A DNA stretch of 64,000 bases from Fimbriimonadia bacterium (GCA_041483895.1 JBGPGO010000006.1:1-64000), one strand, 5' to 3'; shown: positions 1 through 9,801, numbered from the stretch's first letter. Notes: generated from the sequence alone by a model not told the origin. Numbers and translations: made by a program.

Positions 1-489
1 GAGTCGAAAGCGGAGGACGTAGCCGATCGCGATGCGACCGGTCTCCTGACCGAGTCGCTAGCGGGGGAGGCAATAGCAGTGAAATGCCCCCACCCCAACC
101 CTCCCCCGCAAGCGGGGGAGGGGGTTAAGATGCAGGCGGGTGACGGGGTTGTGAGGATCGCGATGCACGATCCCTGTCATCTCGAACACGGACAGAAAAT
201 CGTGGATGCGCCGCGAAGGCTCCTTGCCCTCCTGCCGGGGCTCGAGATGGCGGAGCTGGGAGAGAACTATTGCTGCGGCAGCGCGGGGGTGTACAACCTG
301 TTTCAGCCCGCGATGGCACGACGCCTCCTTCGGCGCAAGATCGATGCCATCGTCGCCACCGAGCCGGATGCCGTCCTATCGTCCAATGCCGGCTGCACGC
401 TCTGGCTGCGGCAGGGTCTGGACGAGCGTGGACTCAAAATCCCCGTGCTCCACTTGGCGGAGATTCTTGCGGGTCAACTGTCCCAATGA
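1..489 (+). CDS. (Fe-S)-binding CCG-domain protein, glycolate oxidase iron-sulfur subunit GlcF-like; 5' end lies outside the window
   Basis: Frame is open from base 1. Motifs HDPCHL, CCGSAGVYN and SSNAGC are typical of the C-terminal CCG domain. Confidence 0.85.
   Translation, partial: ESKAEDVADRDATGLLTESLAGEAIAVKCPHPNPPPQAGEGVKMQAGDGVVRIAMHDPCHLEHGQKIVDAPRRLLALLPGLEMAELGENYCCGSAGVYNLFQPAMARRLLRRKIDAIVATEPDAVLSSNAGCTLWLRQGLDERGLKIPVLHLAEILAGQLSQ
31..58 (+). repeat. Repeat family B (gatgcgaccggtctcccgaccgagtcgc), copy inside a CDS
   Basis: 27/28 match to 59886-59913 and to the reverse complement of 1474-1501; imperfect hairpin. Confidence 0.9.
87..124 (+). repeat. Repeat family A palindrome (ccctcccccgc-aa-gcgggggaggg), copy inside a CDS
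   Basis: Near-identical to intergenic 59831-59867; a half copy lies at 61-70. Confidence 0.9.
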
Positions 490-525
490 GGACGGATCGG
501 ACCGATGCGTCCGATGTGTTCGAAC

Positions 526-1449
526 CTAGAGAACCTTCGTCAGCACCTCGGCAAGGGACTCGCCGGATTTGCGGAGAAGGTCGGCCTCTTCGTCGCTGAC
601 CACCGGCTCCACGACCCGGATCACCCCTTTTCGGCCCACAACCGTCGGCATGGAAAGGCAGACGTCCTTGATCCCCAGAGCGCCGGCCTGAAGCACGGAG
701 ATCGGGAGCACAGCATGCTTATCGAGCGCGACCGCTTCGACAACTTCGCGGATAGAGACGCCAACGGCCCAACCTGCGCCACCCTTCTTCCGAATCACCT
801 CGGCCCCGCTCGTCTTCGTCATCTGGAATATCTCGTCCATCTTCGCGTCCGAATAGCCGGGGAAGCTCTTGATGGAAACGCCGTTGATTGTCGCGCTGCT
901 CCAGATCGGAACCATGGAATCCCCATGTTCTCCGAGAATTAGCGCGTGGACATCCGTCGCCGCAACACCAAAATGCTCTGCCAAAAACGACCGAAACCGG
1001 CAGGTATCCAAAACCGTTCCGAGGCCGAACACACGGGAACGGTCCATCCCCGACTCTTTCAAAGCCAGCTGCGTCAGGATATCAACCGGATTGGAAACCA
1101 CAAGAATCGTCGCGTTGGCGGCCAGTTTGACGTCCTTCAGCGACGCCATGATCCCGCTGAACAGGGTCACATTACGATTGATCAGCTCCAGTCGGCTTTC
1201 GTCCGGCTTGCGGCGGAGCCCGGCGGTAATCACGACCATGTCGGAACCGGCAACCACATCGTAGCCACCCGCGACGATGGTCTGGGGCGCGGACATCGCC
1301 GCACCATGGCGAAGATCGAGCGCCTCACCTTCCGCCATGTCTTGAGCCGCGTCAACAATCACCATCTCTTTGACAATGCCACTCTGCTGCAGTGCAAATG
1401 CGGCGTTCGAACCCACGCGGCCACCGCCGCCAATAATGGAAATCTTCAT
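526..1449 (-). CDS. L-lactate/malate dehydrogenase family protein
   Basis: KISIIGGGGRVG Rossmann motif, VSNPVD, GTVLDTCR, ILGEHGDS; AAGGAG ribosome-binding site before ATG 1449. Confidence 0.93.
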   Translation of the reverse strand: MKISIIGGGGRVGSNAAFALQQSGIVKEMVIVDAAQDMAEGEALDLRHGAAMSAPQTIVAGGYDVVAGSDMVVITAGLRRKPDESRLELINRNVTLFSGIMASLKDVKLAANATILVVSNPVDILTQLALKESGMDRSRVFGLGTVLDTCRFRSFLAEHFGVAATDVHALILGEHGDSMVPIWSSATINGVSIKSFPGYSDAKMDEIFQMTKTSGAEVIRKKGGAGWAVGVSIREVVEAVALDKHAVLPISVLQAGALGIKDVCLSMPTVVGRKGVIRVVEPVVSDEEADLLRKSGESLAEVLTKVL

Positions 1450-1473
1450 GTCTGTTCGCTCCTTTGCGATTGG

Positions 1474-1527
1474 GCGACTCGGTCGGGAGACCGGTCGCAT
1501 CAGGGAGGTCGGGAGACCGGTCGCATC
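1474..1527 (-). repeat. Repeat family B, one full and one partial tandem copy upstream of the dehydrogenase
   Basis: 1474-1501 is the exact reverse complement of 59886-59913; 1507-1527 repeats 21 nt of it. Confidence 0.9.
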
Positions 1528-1566
1528 AGCCGATCACGTCGTAGAGTATTTTGGCACAAATAGGAA

Positions 1567-1594
1567 GCGGCCCCGGGGATAACTCCGGGGCCGC
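1567..1594 (-). terminator. Probable intrinsic terminator of the PEP-CTERM gene
   Basis: About 12-bp GC-rich stem (gcggccccgg/ccggggccgc), 4-nt loop, followed by ttcctattt on the minus strand. Confidence 0.7.
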
Positions 1595-1622
1595 GAGCAG
1601 CAAGGACGTGGGTAAAAAAGTC

Positions 1623-2300
1623 TTACTGCCGCCTGCGCAGGCGAGCAAATCCCGCCAAGGCAATCGCCAAACCAGCGATTGCCGCCGGCTCGGGCACAAC
1701 AAGAAGCGAGTTGAACTGCAGGTAGGTTCGCCCACCGGCAGCATCAAGCAATCTTGTGGAAACGTCATTCGGGAACGGCATATTGGTCCGTCCCCAATGC
1801 AGGCTTTCGCCAGGCGTGGCCGTCAGCGGCACCGTGAAATCAAACAGATTCGAGATGCCGGTTTGGGCGTACACATTTGCCTGATCGACTGTCACCCGCA
1901 GATAGATACCTCTGTCCGTTATCTTCGACTTTGTGATGTCTCCGGGATTTTTCCGACTGTTGTAGACAGTGGCCGGTCCGTACGTAAAGGATTGATACGC
2001 CACCGGACCGCTGAAAAAGACATCGACGTCGTTAAGGATATCGGCAGCGGTTGCGTCGGTAATGATCGACGACCCCACCTCATCGAGAAATATGGAAAGC
2101 TCTTTCCATTTTTCCCCTGTGTTGGTGAAGAAATCGAGGCCAACCTGAATCCGATCCCCCGGGTGAACTGTGACAACCTTATTGCGCTCCCCGGTTTCCA
2201 GGTTTCGGAAGTACAGGATACCAATGTATGCATCAGATTGGGTAGGTAACAAAGTAACCATCCCAACCAGGACAGTGGCAAAAAGCCAATGCAATTTCAT
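1623..2300 (-). CDS. PEP-CTERM sorting domain surface protein
   Basis: N-terminal signal peptide; C-terminal VPEP, hydrophobic helix and RLRRR tail. Confidence 0.88.
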   Translation of the reverse strand: MKLHWLFATVLVGMVTLLPTQSDAYIGILYFRNLETGERNKVVTVHPGDRIQVGLDFFTNTGEKWKELSIFLDEVGSSIITDATAADILNDVDVFFSGPVAYQSFTYGPATVYNSRKNPGDITKSKITDRGIYLRVTVDQANVYAQTGISNLFDFTVPLTATPGESLHWGRTNMPFPNDVSTRLLDAAGGRTYLQFNSLLVVPEPAAIAGLAIALAGFARLRRRQ

Positions 2301-2667
2301 ACCATCCCTCTCCATTCAAACTCTTTCAAAATGCCGGTTGGAATCCGGCTCTTGAATGAGAGCCAATTGGAGTCCCTAGTACCACTACATACTGACAATC
2401 AAATATGCACGGAGCAAGGAATGCAGGCGAACGAAGTCCGTCTTGTGTAGCTATCCAGGCCGAGCAATAAAAAATAACAACGGGTTCTCTGGGACCCTAA
2501 CCTGCAGGCATTATACCAAACTTTCCACAGATTGCCAGCTTTTTGTGCAGGAAAACATGAGAAAATCGTTTAGACTTGCCCCAGCCGAACCAGGAAAGGC
2601 GGGACACTATTCTGCCCGGCGGTTCAGTATACTAAGGTGCTTGTTCAAACCACGGAGGCGGTAACGG

Positions 2668-4254
2668 ATGAAGTTTGATCGATTTGTATTGATGGCGGGC
2701 CTCGCCGCGCTCGCGAATCTCTCCCTTGCCCAGGACTCCCCCATGTATCGAGGCAACGCCGGGCATTCCGGAAACTCCGGAAACCTGGAGTTCCCCGTCG
2801 CCCAGAAGTGGCAGTGGGTCGGAGATACCGGCACGAAATCGGTATCCTCCCCCGCGGTTGTGAACGGGATCGCCTACTTTGGACTGGGCGGCCGAGTGGT
2901 CGCGCTGCGGACGACGACCGGCGCAACGTTGTGGGAATATCCGCAAGGTCAGAAGATTCCCGCCAACTTCCGGTTGGCGCCCGCTGTGGCAGACGGCCTC
3001 GTCTACGCGCCGGCCTCCGATGGTTCCGTCTACGCCATTAATGCGGATAACGGAAAGCTGGTCTGGCAGTACAGCGCTCGCTCCTCGATAACCACGCCCC
3101 CGACCGTGGCGAACGGCGTAGTTTATTTCGGTACCGCCGACGGCCGATTCTATGCGGTGGAGGCAAAGACGGGAAATCCGCTTTGGGCGGAGCCCGCCAA
3201 TCTGATCTCATCCCTCGTCGGCCCCGTCGTGGCGAGCGATTCCCTCGTGCTGGCCTTGACTAGCGATGGAACCGTCTGGGGTATCTCCGCGGCCACTGGC
3301 AAGTCCAAATGGTCCCAAAGACTGAACAGCGTCCCTTCGGACTCATCCATCGCATTAGGCTCCGACCAGTTCTATGTGAATTCGTTGGAGGGCCTGGCAG
3401 CCATCAACCCTGCGAATGGTCACATTCGATGGCAAAAGGTGCTGAAAAGCTCGCCGAATCATTCGCCGGCGACCGACGGAAAGCGAATATTCGTTCTGGA
3501 CGACGCCGGACGGCTGTATTGCTACGACTCGCAGGGCAAACCAGTTTGGAAGGACCCTGTAGAAACAGGTCAGCCAATTGAGACCTCGCCGCTGCTCTCC
3601 GGCGAAACTGTGATTCTTGCCACCCGCAAGGGAACGGTCCTGGCCTTGGACGCTGGAAACGGCGCGATAAAATGGCAGTACATTCTCAAACCGCCGGCCA
3701 ATATTCGGGTCAAGTCCGGCAACGAATCCAGACCGCCCGCGTACTCGCCTATCGCAGCCGACCCGGTCGTGGCGGGCGACAATCTGCTCATCCTTTCCGA
3801 TTACGGTCAAATGTTCGCGTTCAGCCATCGGGACACTGTCGACACCACCCCGCCCAATGTCTATTTCGTTCTTCCCGAAGCCGGTTCACAGCTCTCCGGT
3901 CGGCCGCCGCTCGCTTTTCAGGCCTGGCTCGAGGATCAGGGTTCCGGGATTGTGCCGAGCAGTGTGGAAATGTTGGTAGACGGCAAGCCGTTTGGCACAG
4001 GCGACGACAAGCCGGCGTTCGATCTCGTCCGGAGCATGATCGAGTACAAAATGTCATCCTCCGGAGCGGTGCATCCGTTGAGCGACGGGCTGCACACGTT
4101 GGCGGTAAAGGCGCGAGACTATATGGGCAACGAAGTCGTGAAGGAATGGATGATCCAGATCGACAACTCTTTGACCCCTGGCGTGCCGAAACCCCGGAAT
4201 CAGGAATCCGGCGGCTCACCAGGCGGTTATGGCGGATCCGGTGGGGGCGGCTAG
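2668..4254 (+). CDS. PQQ-binding-like beta-propeller repeat protein (BamB-like) with C-terminal Ig-like domain
   Basis: Signal peptide; repeated SSPAV..G.VY / A.DA.TG..W blades; C-terminal DTTPP...DGLHTL.V.A.D.GN. Confidence 0.88.
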   Translation: MKFDRFVLMAGLAALANLSLAQDSPMYRGNAGHSGNSGNLEFPVAQKWQWVGDTGTKSVSSPAVVNGIAYFGLGGRVVALRTTTGATLWEYPQGQKIPANFRLAPAVADGLVYAPASDGSVYAINADNGKLVWQYSARSSITTPPTVANGVVYFGTADGRFYAVEAKTGNPLWAEPANLISSLVGPVVASDSLVLALTSDGTVWGISAATGKSKWSQRLNSVPSDSSIALGSDQFYVNSLEGLAAINPANGHIRWQKVLKSSPNHSPATDGKRIFVLDDAGRLYCYDSQGKPVWKDPVETGQPIETSPLLSGETVILATRKGTVLALDAGNGAIKWQYILKPPANIRVKSGNESRPPAYSPIAADPVVAGDNLLILSDYGQMFAFSHRDTVDTTPPNVYFVLPEAGSQLSGRPPLAFQAWLEDQGSGIVPSSVEMLVDGKPFGTGDDKPAFDLVRSMIEYKMSSSGAVHPLSDGLHTLAVKARDYMGNEVVKEWMIQIDNSLTPGVPKPRNQESGGSPGGYGGSGGGG

Positions 4255-5353
4255 CCTCTTTCAACACGTTCCGGAGCCCTCTGCGGAATCAATCGAGTGG
4301 CTTCAGTGGATCAAGGCCGACATAGCTCCGAAACGGGCCGAGGCACTGCTCGTCGAATTTGGGTCGCCGACCGCCGCGCTGGCTGCCGGAGAGTCGATCT
4401 GGCGCAGATTCGAATGCACCGAGGCGGAACAGAAGCGGATGAAGTCCGCCGCCATCGTGAGCGATGCGGAGAAAGAATTCCTAAGGGACCCGAATGCCGG
4501 CGTCGCATATCGCGGCTCACCCGCCTATGCCCCATTGCTTGCCCAAGTTTCTCCTATGCAGGCGGCCTACTTTTATCGAGGGGTGGCGGAGGAAACAGGA
4601 GAGGCATGCGTGGGATTGGTCGGAACGCGCCGCGCCTCGCCACTGGGGTTGGCGGCGGCGGAGTACTTCGGTTCCGGGCTGGCAAGAGCCGGCGTGACCA
4701 TCGTGACGGGCGGCGGCCATGGTATCGAGGCAATGGCGGTGCGGGCAGCGCTGGATGCCGGGGGACGCTGCGTCTGTTGTCTCCCTTGCGGGCCGGACCA
4801 CTGTTATCCGGAAGATCACTGGCGGCTGATTCGATTGGTTGCGGAACGCGGCGCGGTCCTGTACCCGTTTCCGATAGGCAACCGGCCGCTCGCCGGAAAC
4901 TTTCAAAAGCGCAATCGCTTCCTGGCCGCCCTGTGCCATGCGGTTGTCGTGATCGAAGCGCCACGAGGAAGCGGTTCGCTCGGTATACCGAATTTTGCAA
5001 ACGAAGATGGCAGGCAGGTATTCGTGACGCCCGGCCCGTTCAACGCGCCCTCATTCGAGGGCAATCATGATCTGATGCGGCTGGGCGCCACCGTCGTCAC
5101 GTCTCCCATTCAAATTCTCGACGATCTGGGCGTCAAACGGGACATCAACCCCGCGAAGAAGCCGTCGAGCCCCATCTCGTCGCATCATAAAAAACTGCTC
5201 GACCTCCTCGGCACGGAGGCGCTGCGATTGGATGAAATCGCCCGCCGGTTAGGACGGCCTGCCCTGGAAGTTGCCGCGGACCTCACTTATCTCGAACTCG
5301 CCGGCTTCGTCTCACGGGCTTCCGGCGGAACCTATTGCCTGAGGAAGCAATGA
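4229..5353 (+). CDS. dprA: DNA-processing protein DprA
   Basis: VGTR, F.KRNR, VVVIEA..GSGSL and GRQVF.TPG motifs plus C-terminal winged helix; exact start uncertain. Confidence 0.9.
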   Translation: MADPVGAASLFQHVPEPSAESIEWLQWIKADIAPKRAEALLVEFGSPTAALAAGESIWRRFECTEAEQKRMKSAAIVSDAEKEFLRDPNAGVAYRGSPAYAPLLAQVSPMQAAYFYRGVAEETGEACVGLVGTRRASPLGLAAAEYFGSGLARAGVTIVTGGGHGIEAMAVRAALDAGGRCVCCLPCGPDHCYPEDHWRLIRLVAERGAVLYPFPIGNRPLAGNFQKRNRFLAALCHAVVVIEAPRGSGSLGIPNFANEDGRQVFVTPGPFNAPSFEGNHDLMRLGATVVTSPIQILDDLGVKRDINPAKKPSSPISSHHKKLLDLLGTEALRLDEIARRLGRPALEVAADLTYLELAGFVSRASGGTYCLRKQ

Positions 5354-6501
5354 AGCTATTCGCGGGCAAGCTGATCGATGGGCAGACCGTGCCCGACGCC
5401 GTCATTATTATCGAAAACGGATTAGTCCGATCGGTCCGATCCCCCGCCGATGGAGAAGCGCCCGACGAACAGGACATCGATGGGCGCGGCGCGCTCGTCG
5501 TCCCCGGATTTATCGACACCCACGTGCATGGAGGGTTTGGGTTCGACCTGATGGAAGGGTCGGTCGAAACGGTTCAGGCATTGGCGCGACAACTGCCGTC
5601 CGTTGGGGTCACCGCCTTCCTCGTGACGCCGCTGACGGCCCCTTGGCCTGCGATTCGAAACGCGGTGGCGGCGGCGAACGATGTCCGCAATCGCGATAGC
5701 GGCGGCGCGGCGGTCATCGGCTGTCATCTGGAGGGGCCGTTTCTCAATCCGCAATACAAGGGGGCGCAGCGGGCGGACGAGATGCAGCTTCCCTCTTGGG
5801 ACGCGCTGCGTGATGGACTCGGGGATCTGCTGGATGCGGTCCGAATTGTCACGCTGGCCCCAGAGATGGATGGCGCTCTGGAAACAATCCGATCCCTGCG
5901 ATCCGCCGGAATTCAGGCATCGCTCGGCCACACAGCAGCGACCTACGACGAAGTTTCCGGCGCGATCGACGCGGGAGCGACCCGGGCGACGCACTGTTTC
6001 AACGCCATGCGCGGTCTCCATCACCGGGAACCCGGCACAGTCGGGGCGGTCCTGGCTCGCGAGGAGCTGATCGCCGAGCTGATCTGGGACAACATCCATG
6101 TCCATCCGGCCGTTTGCAAAACCCTGTGCGCAGCGAAGGGACCGGCGGGCGTCGTCGCCATATCGGATGGCACGACGGGCGTCGGCAAGCCGGAGGGTTA
6201 TAGGTTCAACCTTTGGGGCCTATCCGCGATTGTCAAGGATGGGGGCGCGCGACTGGAGGACGGAACGCTCGCAGGCTCCTCCATCGGCATGATCGATGCC
6301 TTTCGCAACGCCGCCCGCGAACTCGATCTTGAAGCCGCAGTACGCCTATGCAGCCGAAACCCAGCCGACTCGTTGGGCATAACTGATCGCGGGAACCTGT
6401 CCGTTGGCTCGCAAGCGGATTTCGTCGTCTTGGAAAGTGATCTTACAATTCGGTCAACCTACATCGGTGGGAAACGGGTATACCAATTGGGTCAAAACTG
6501 A
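5350..6501 (+). CDS. nagA: N-acetylglucosamine-6-phosphate deacetylase
   Basis: PGFIDTHVHG, HLEGPF, TLAPE, THCFNAM, LAGS; ATG overlaps the dprA stop (ATGA). Confidence 0.93.
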   Translation: MKLFAGKLIDGQTVPDAVIIIENGLVRSVRSPADGEAPDEQDIDGRGALVVPGFIDTHVHGGFGFDLMEGSVETVQALARQLPSVGVTAFLVTPLTAPWPAIRNAVAAANDVRNRDSGGAAVIGCHLEGPFLNPQYKGAQRADEMQLPSWDALRDGLGDLLDAVRIVTLAPEMDGALETIRSLRSAGIQASLGHTAATYDEVSGAIDAGATRATHCFNAMRGLHHREPGTVGAVLAREELIAELIWDNIHVHPAVCKTLCAAKGPAGVVAISDGTTGVGKPEGYRFNLWGLSAIVKDGGARLEDGTLAGSSIGMIDAFRNAARELDLEAAVRLCSRNPADSLGITDRGNLSVGSQADFVVLESDLTIRSTYIGGKRVYQLGQN

Positions 6502-6609
6502 CACCGGTGGAGTACATGATCGATATGGCGCCCAAGGCCGTCGCGACAAGGATGTCCGCACATGGCACGAGCCGTTCTTACCCCAACCAAATGAGCGAGA
6601 TGATCCTCC

Positions 6610-8448
6610 TTGCCTAGCGTTCTTCGCCGCTTAAGCCGCGCGATTCAAGGCGCCCCCATCGCCACCGGACATGCTCGTAACGAGCGATTGAATGTGCTCT
6701 TCGCCCTCCCTACATTCGCGTCCGACGCGCTATCCTCCGTCGCGTATGCAACGGAATCGATTTTGCTGGTGTTGTTGGTTGCGGGCTCTTCCGCGCTGCA
6801 GCAGGTCGTGCCGATATCGCTCGGGATCGCCCTTCTGATGGCAATCGTCGCGATCTCCTATCGGCAGACGATTTTTGCGTACCCTGGGGGCGGCGGATCA
6901 TACACAGTGGCGTCGGACAATCTTGGGCCCCTCGCGGGCATGATTGCGGGCGCTTCCCTTATAATAGGGTATATCATGACGGTCGCCGTGTCCGAAGTGG
7001 CCGGCGTCTTGGCAATCACATCCGCCTTCCCCGACCTCGCCCCCTACCGAATCCACATCACCGCAGGTCTGACGGGCGTCATCGCGCTCGTGAATCTGCG
7101 CGGCATGAAAGAGAGTGGATTTGCATTTGCGTTGCCAACCTATTCATTCGTATTGCTGGTTGGAGCTTTAGTGGTGATGGGAATATACCAAGTGCTCACA
7201 GGATCGATTCATCCGGTGCCGGAACCCAGCGCGCACCTGCCCGAGCAGCCCATGTCTCTCGATTGGTTCCTCTGGCTGCGGGCATTCACGGCAGGATGCG
7301 CGGCGCTGACAGGTGTCGAGGCTATATCCAACGGCGTACCGGCATTTCGGGCGCCGGAAGCACAAAATGCGGCGAAGACGCTTACCGCGATGGCCGTCAT
7401 CTGCGTCTTTCTGTTTATCGGTGTCAGCGTTGTTACAAAGGCGTTGCATGTGGTGCCAATACACGAAGGCGCCATCGGATATCAGACAACGCTCTCCATG
7501 ATCGCGAAGGGGATTGCCGGAGATGGGCTGTTCTATTACCTTGTCCAGTTTGCGACGATGGCGATCTTGGTTCTTGCAGCCAACACCGCATTCGCCGATT
7601 TTCCTAGAGTGACCAGCTTCTTGGCTCGGGACGGATATCTTCCTCGTCAATTGGGAATGATGGGCGATCGGCTGGTCTTTCATTGGGGCATCCTACTCTT
7701 GACCATCATTTCCGTCGGTCTCATCTATCTGTTCCAAGGCGAGATTCATCTGCTGTTGCCGCTCTATGCGGGCAGCGTCTTCATCGCGTTCTCGATGTCG
7801 CAGTACGGCATGGTTCTGCGTTGGAGGCGGCTTGGCAAAAATCGTGGGAACATGATGCTCAATCTCGTGGGAGCCCTTGCGACCACCATCGTCGGTCTCG
7901 TCTTTCTGATTACGAAATTCAAGGAAGGGGCCTATCTGGTACCAATCATCGGCGCCGGCCTCGTTGCAACATTCATTGGTATCCGAAGGCACTACTCGTA
8001 TCATGAAGCGCAAACGCAACCCAAAGATTTCTCGATACCAAAGACGCCTGTCAGCACAGTGCTGGTATTGGTACCACGCATACATCTCGGTGTTCTTCCG
8101 GCGATCAATTACGCCCGGTCGATCGGTTTGGACTGCAGAGGCATCCACGTGAGCATCGATCCTGCGAAAGTTGCGGACATGAAAGCGGATTGGGCTCGAT
8201 ATCAATTCGATATTCCCTTGGTAATACTCGATTCCCCCTATCGAACCTTAGTGGATCCGATATTGGAATATGTTGATGAAACGCTACGTGAAAATCCGGA
8301 TAACTGGCTCACAGTCATAGTTCCCGAAGCGGTCCCGTCGAAATGGTGGCAAAGTATCTTGCATAACAATTCTGCGTTCCCTATCAAACTGGCCCTTGCC
8401 AAGCGAAAGAAAGTCGTGATAACAAACGTGAGGTATCACCTGACATGA
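6610..8448 (+). CDS. APC-superfamily permease, KimA/YdaO-like (KUP-related K+ transporter) with C-terminal cytoplasmic domain
   Basis: SDALSSVAY, SYRQTIFAYPGGGGSY, NLRGMKES, LTGVEAISNG, AANTAFADFP; many hydrophobic segments. Confidence 0.88.
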   Translation: MPSVLRRLSRAIQGAPIATGHARNERLNVLFALPTFASDALSSVAYATESILLVLLVAGSSALQQVVPISLGIALLMAIVAISYRQTIFAYPGGGGSYTVASDNLGPLAGMIAGASLIIGYIMTVAVSEVAGVLAITSAFPDLAPYRIHITAGLTGVIALVNLRGMKESGFAFALPTYSFVLLVGALVVMGIYQVLTGSIHPVPEPSAHLPEQPMSLDWFLWLRAFTAGCAALTGVEAISNGVPAFRAPEAQNAAKTLTAMAVICVFLFIGVSVVTKALHVVPIHEGAIGYQTTLSMIAKGIAGDGLFYYLVQFATMAILVLAANTAFADFPRVTSFLARDGYLPRQLGMMGDRLVFHWGILLLTIISVGLIYLFQGEIHLLLPLYAGSVFIAFSMSQYGMVLRWRRLGKNRGNMMLNLVGALATTIVGLVFLITKFKEGAYLVPIIGAGLVATFIGIRRHYSYHEAQTQPKDFSIPKTPVSTVLVLVPRIHLGVLPAINYARSIGLDCRGIHVSIDPAKVADMKADWARYQFDIPLVILDSPYRTLVDPILEYVDETLRENPDNWLTVIVPEAVPSKWWQSILHNNSAFPIKLALAKRKKVVITNVRYHLT

Positions 8449-9215
8449 TCGTCGAATACACGGAGGACGTGATCTATCTTTCCGGAGACCTCACGCAGGA
8501 TCATTGGAATACGATTCGGACCGCGGTCTCTCTCCTGCTGAAACGGCATCCCGCCGGAGTTATCGTCGATTTGAGCCAAATAGAACGATGCACCCCGGAA
8601 GGCGCGGAGACATTTCTGCACGCGCTCAGTTATATCGAAGCTGGGAAAGCGCGGTTCATTCTGGCCAACGCGCCCGACCATGTACGTCAGGCTCTCGCCA
8701 ATGTCCCGGGCGTCCGCAGCCAGCTCCCGATAGTGAACTCAATCGCACAAGCCAGAGAGTCATTGAATCTGATGCCCGCGGACAAATCGAAACCGGTCGT
8801 CGATAGTGTATTGGTCTCCCTATCAGGACTGCCCGCTGACGATGATGCCATAGAGATGGCAGCGGGAATCGCCAAACAGAGATCCGCGTCGCTCGTCCTG
8901 GCATACTTGATCGAAGTGCCGCGTGCTATGCCGCTGACAGCGCCACTGCCCGAGCAAGAGACGAAAGCCAAGCAGGTGCTGGCAAATGCCGAAGCTGCCA
9001 GCAGGCGGCTCAATGTCGTTCCCCGATGCAGAGCCGAACGCGTGAGAGATATCTATGTTGGATTGGCCGACATGGCAGAATCGTTGGACGCGCAGTTGAT
9101 CTTTGTAGTACTGGCAAGAGCGGCGAGTGAATCTGATGATTCCGAATCGGCTCTAAACGAGCTATTGGATCGAACACCTCGAGAGCTGATCATCTATCGC
9201 GGATACTCGCAATAG
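8445..9215 (+). CDS. STAS-like domain fused to a universal stress protein (USP) domain
   Basis: N-terminal IYLSGDL...VIVDLSQIE (STAS-like); C-terminal SVLVSL...LAYLIEVPRAMPL (USP-like); ATGA overlap with the permease. Confidence 0.75.
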   Translation: MIVEYTEDVIYLSGDLTQDHWNTIRTAVSLLLKRHPAGVIVDLSQIERCTPEGAETFLHALSYIEAGKARFILANAPDHVRQALANVPGVRSQLPIVNSIAQARESLNLMPADKSKPVVDSVLVSLSGLPADDDAIEMAAGIAKQRSASLVLAYLIEVPRAMPLTAPLPEQETKAKQVLANAEAASRRLNVVPRCRAERVRDIYVGLADMAESLDAQLIFVVLARAASESDDSESALNELLDRTPRELIIYRGYSQ

Positions 9216-9270
9216 CAATCGTACGTACTAGGGCTTGATTCGGTGCGTATGCATCTGCTAGACTTCCGCT

Positions 9271-9744
9271 ATGTCTGATGTAGTCCTTAAGAGTATTGAA
9301 TTACTCGAACATGAAATCTCACAACACAAGAAGTCAATTTCTGAGCTGGAAGGCGTCATCAAAGCGATCCGGGCGTATAAGAAGGAGGCTAAGCCCGTTC
9401 GCAAACGACGTACACTAACAGCCAAGCCCAAGGCAGCCGCAAGGGCCGCTACGAAAGTTAAGACACGGGCCAAGAGGACCGCAACCCCCGTTGCCGCAAA
9501 GACTCGCAAGGGACGCAAACCGTCATACGTGACCTTGGCGGAAGGCGTGCTTCGCAAGTCAAGCGGCCCGATGCGAATGGTCGATCTGATCAATTCCATC
9601 ATGCAATCTCGGCCATCCGGCGGAAAGTATGCTGTCTCCGCCGCACGCCAAGCCATAACAAATGCCGCCGCAGGTTCGAAATCTAGAATTGTTCGAGCCG
9701 GCCAAAAGGGCAGCGGCATGTACGGTCTGAGCCCAAGCAGATAG
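9271..9744 (+). CDS. Basic protein with N-terminal coiled coil, K/R/A-rich linker and C-terminal winged-helix-like domain
   Basis: Composition and heptad pattern; C-terminal AEGVLRKSSGPM...GMYGL; followed by a strong terminator. Confidence 0.7.
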   Translation: MSDVVLKSIELLEHEISQHKKSISELEGVIKAIRAYKKEAKPVRKRRTLTAKPKAAARAATKVKTRAKRTATPVAAKTRKGRKPSYVTLAEGVLRKSSGPMRMVDLINSIMQSRPSGGKYAVSAARQAITNAAAGSKSRIVRAGQKGSGMYGLSPSR

Positions 9745-9758
9745 ACGCGAATACAAAG

Positions 9759-9801
9759 TGCGAGCGCCGCTGTTGAAAAACAGCGGCGCTCGCATTCTTT
9801 T
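9759..9801 (+). terminator. Intrinsic terminator, probably bidirectional
   Basis: Perfect 16-bp stem tgcgagcgccgctgtt/aacagcggcgctcgca, GAAA loop, then ttctttt; lies between convergent genes. Confidence 0.88.

Noticed and set aside
5424..5442. Family I-like sequence (gtccgatcggtccgatcc) inside nagA
   Set aside because: Only two 9-nt units in a GC-rich gene; could be chance.
6502..6609. c-di-AMP (ydaO) riboswitch upstream of the KimA-like gene
   Set aside because: The gap is short and lacks the conserved ydaO motifs I would expect.
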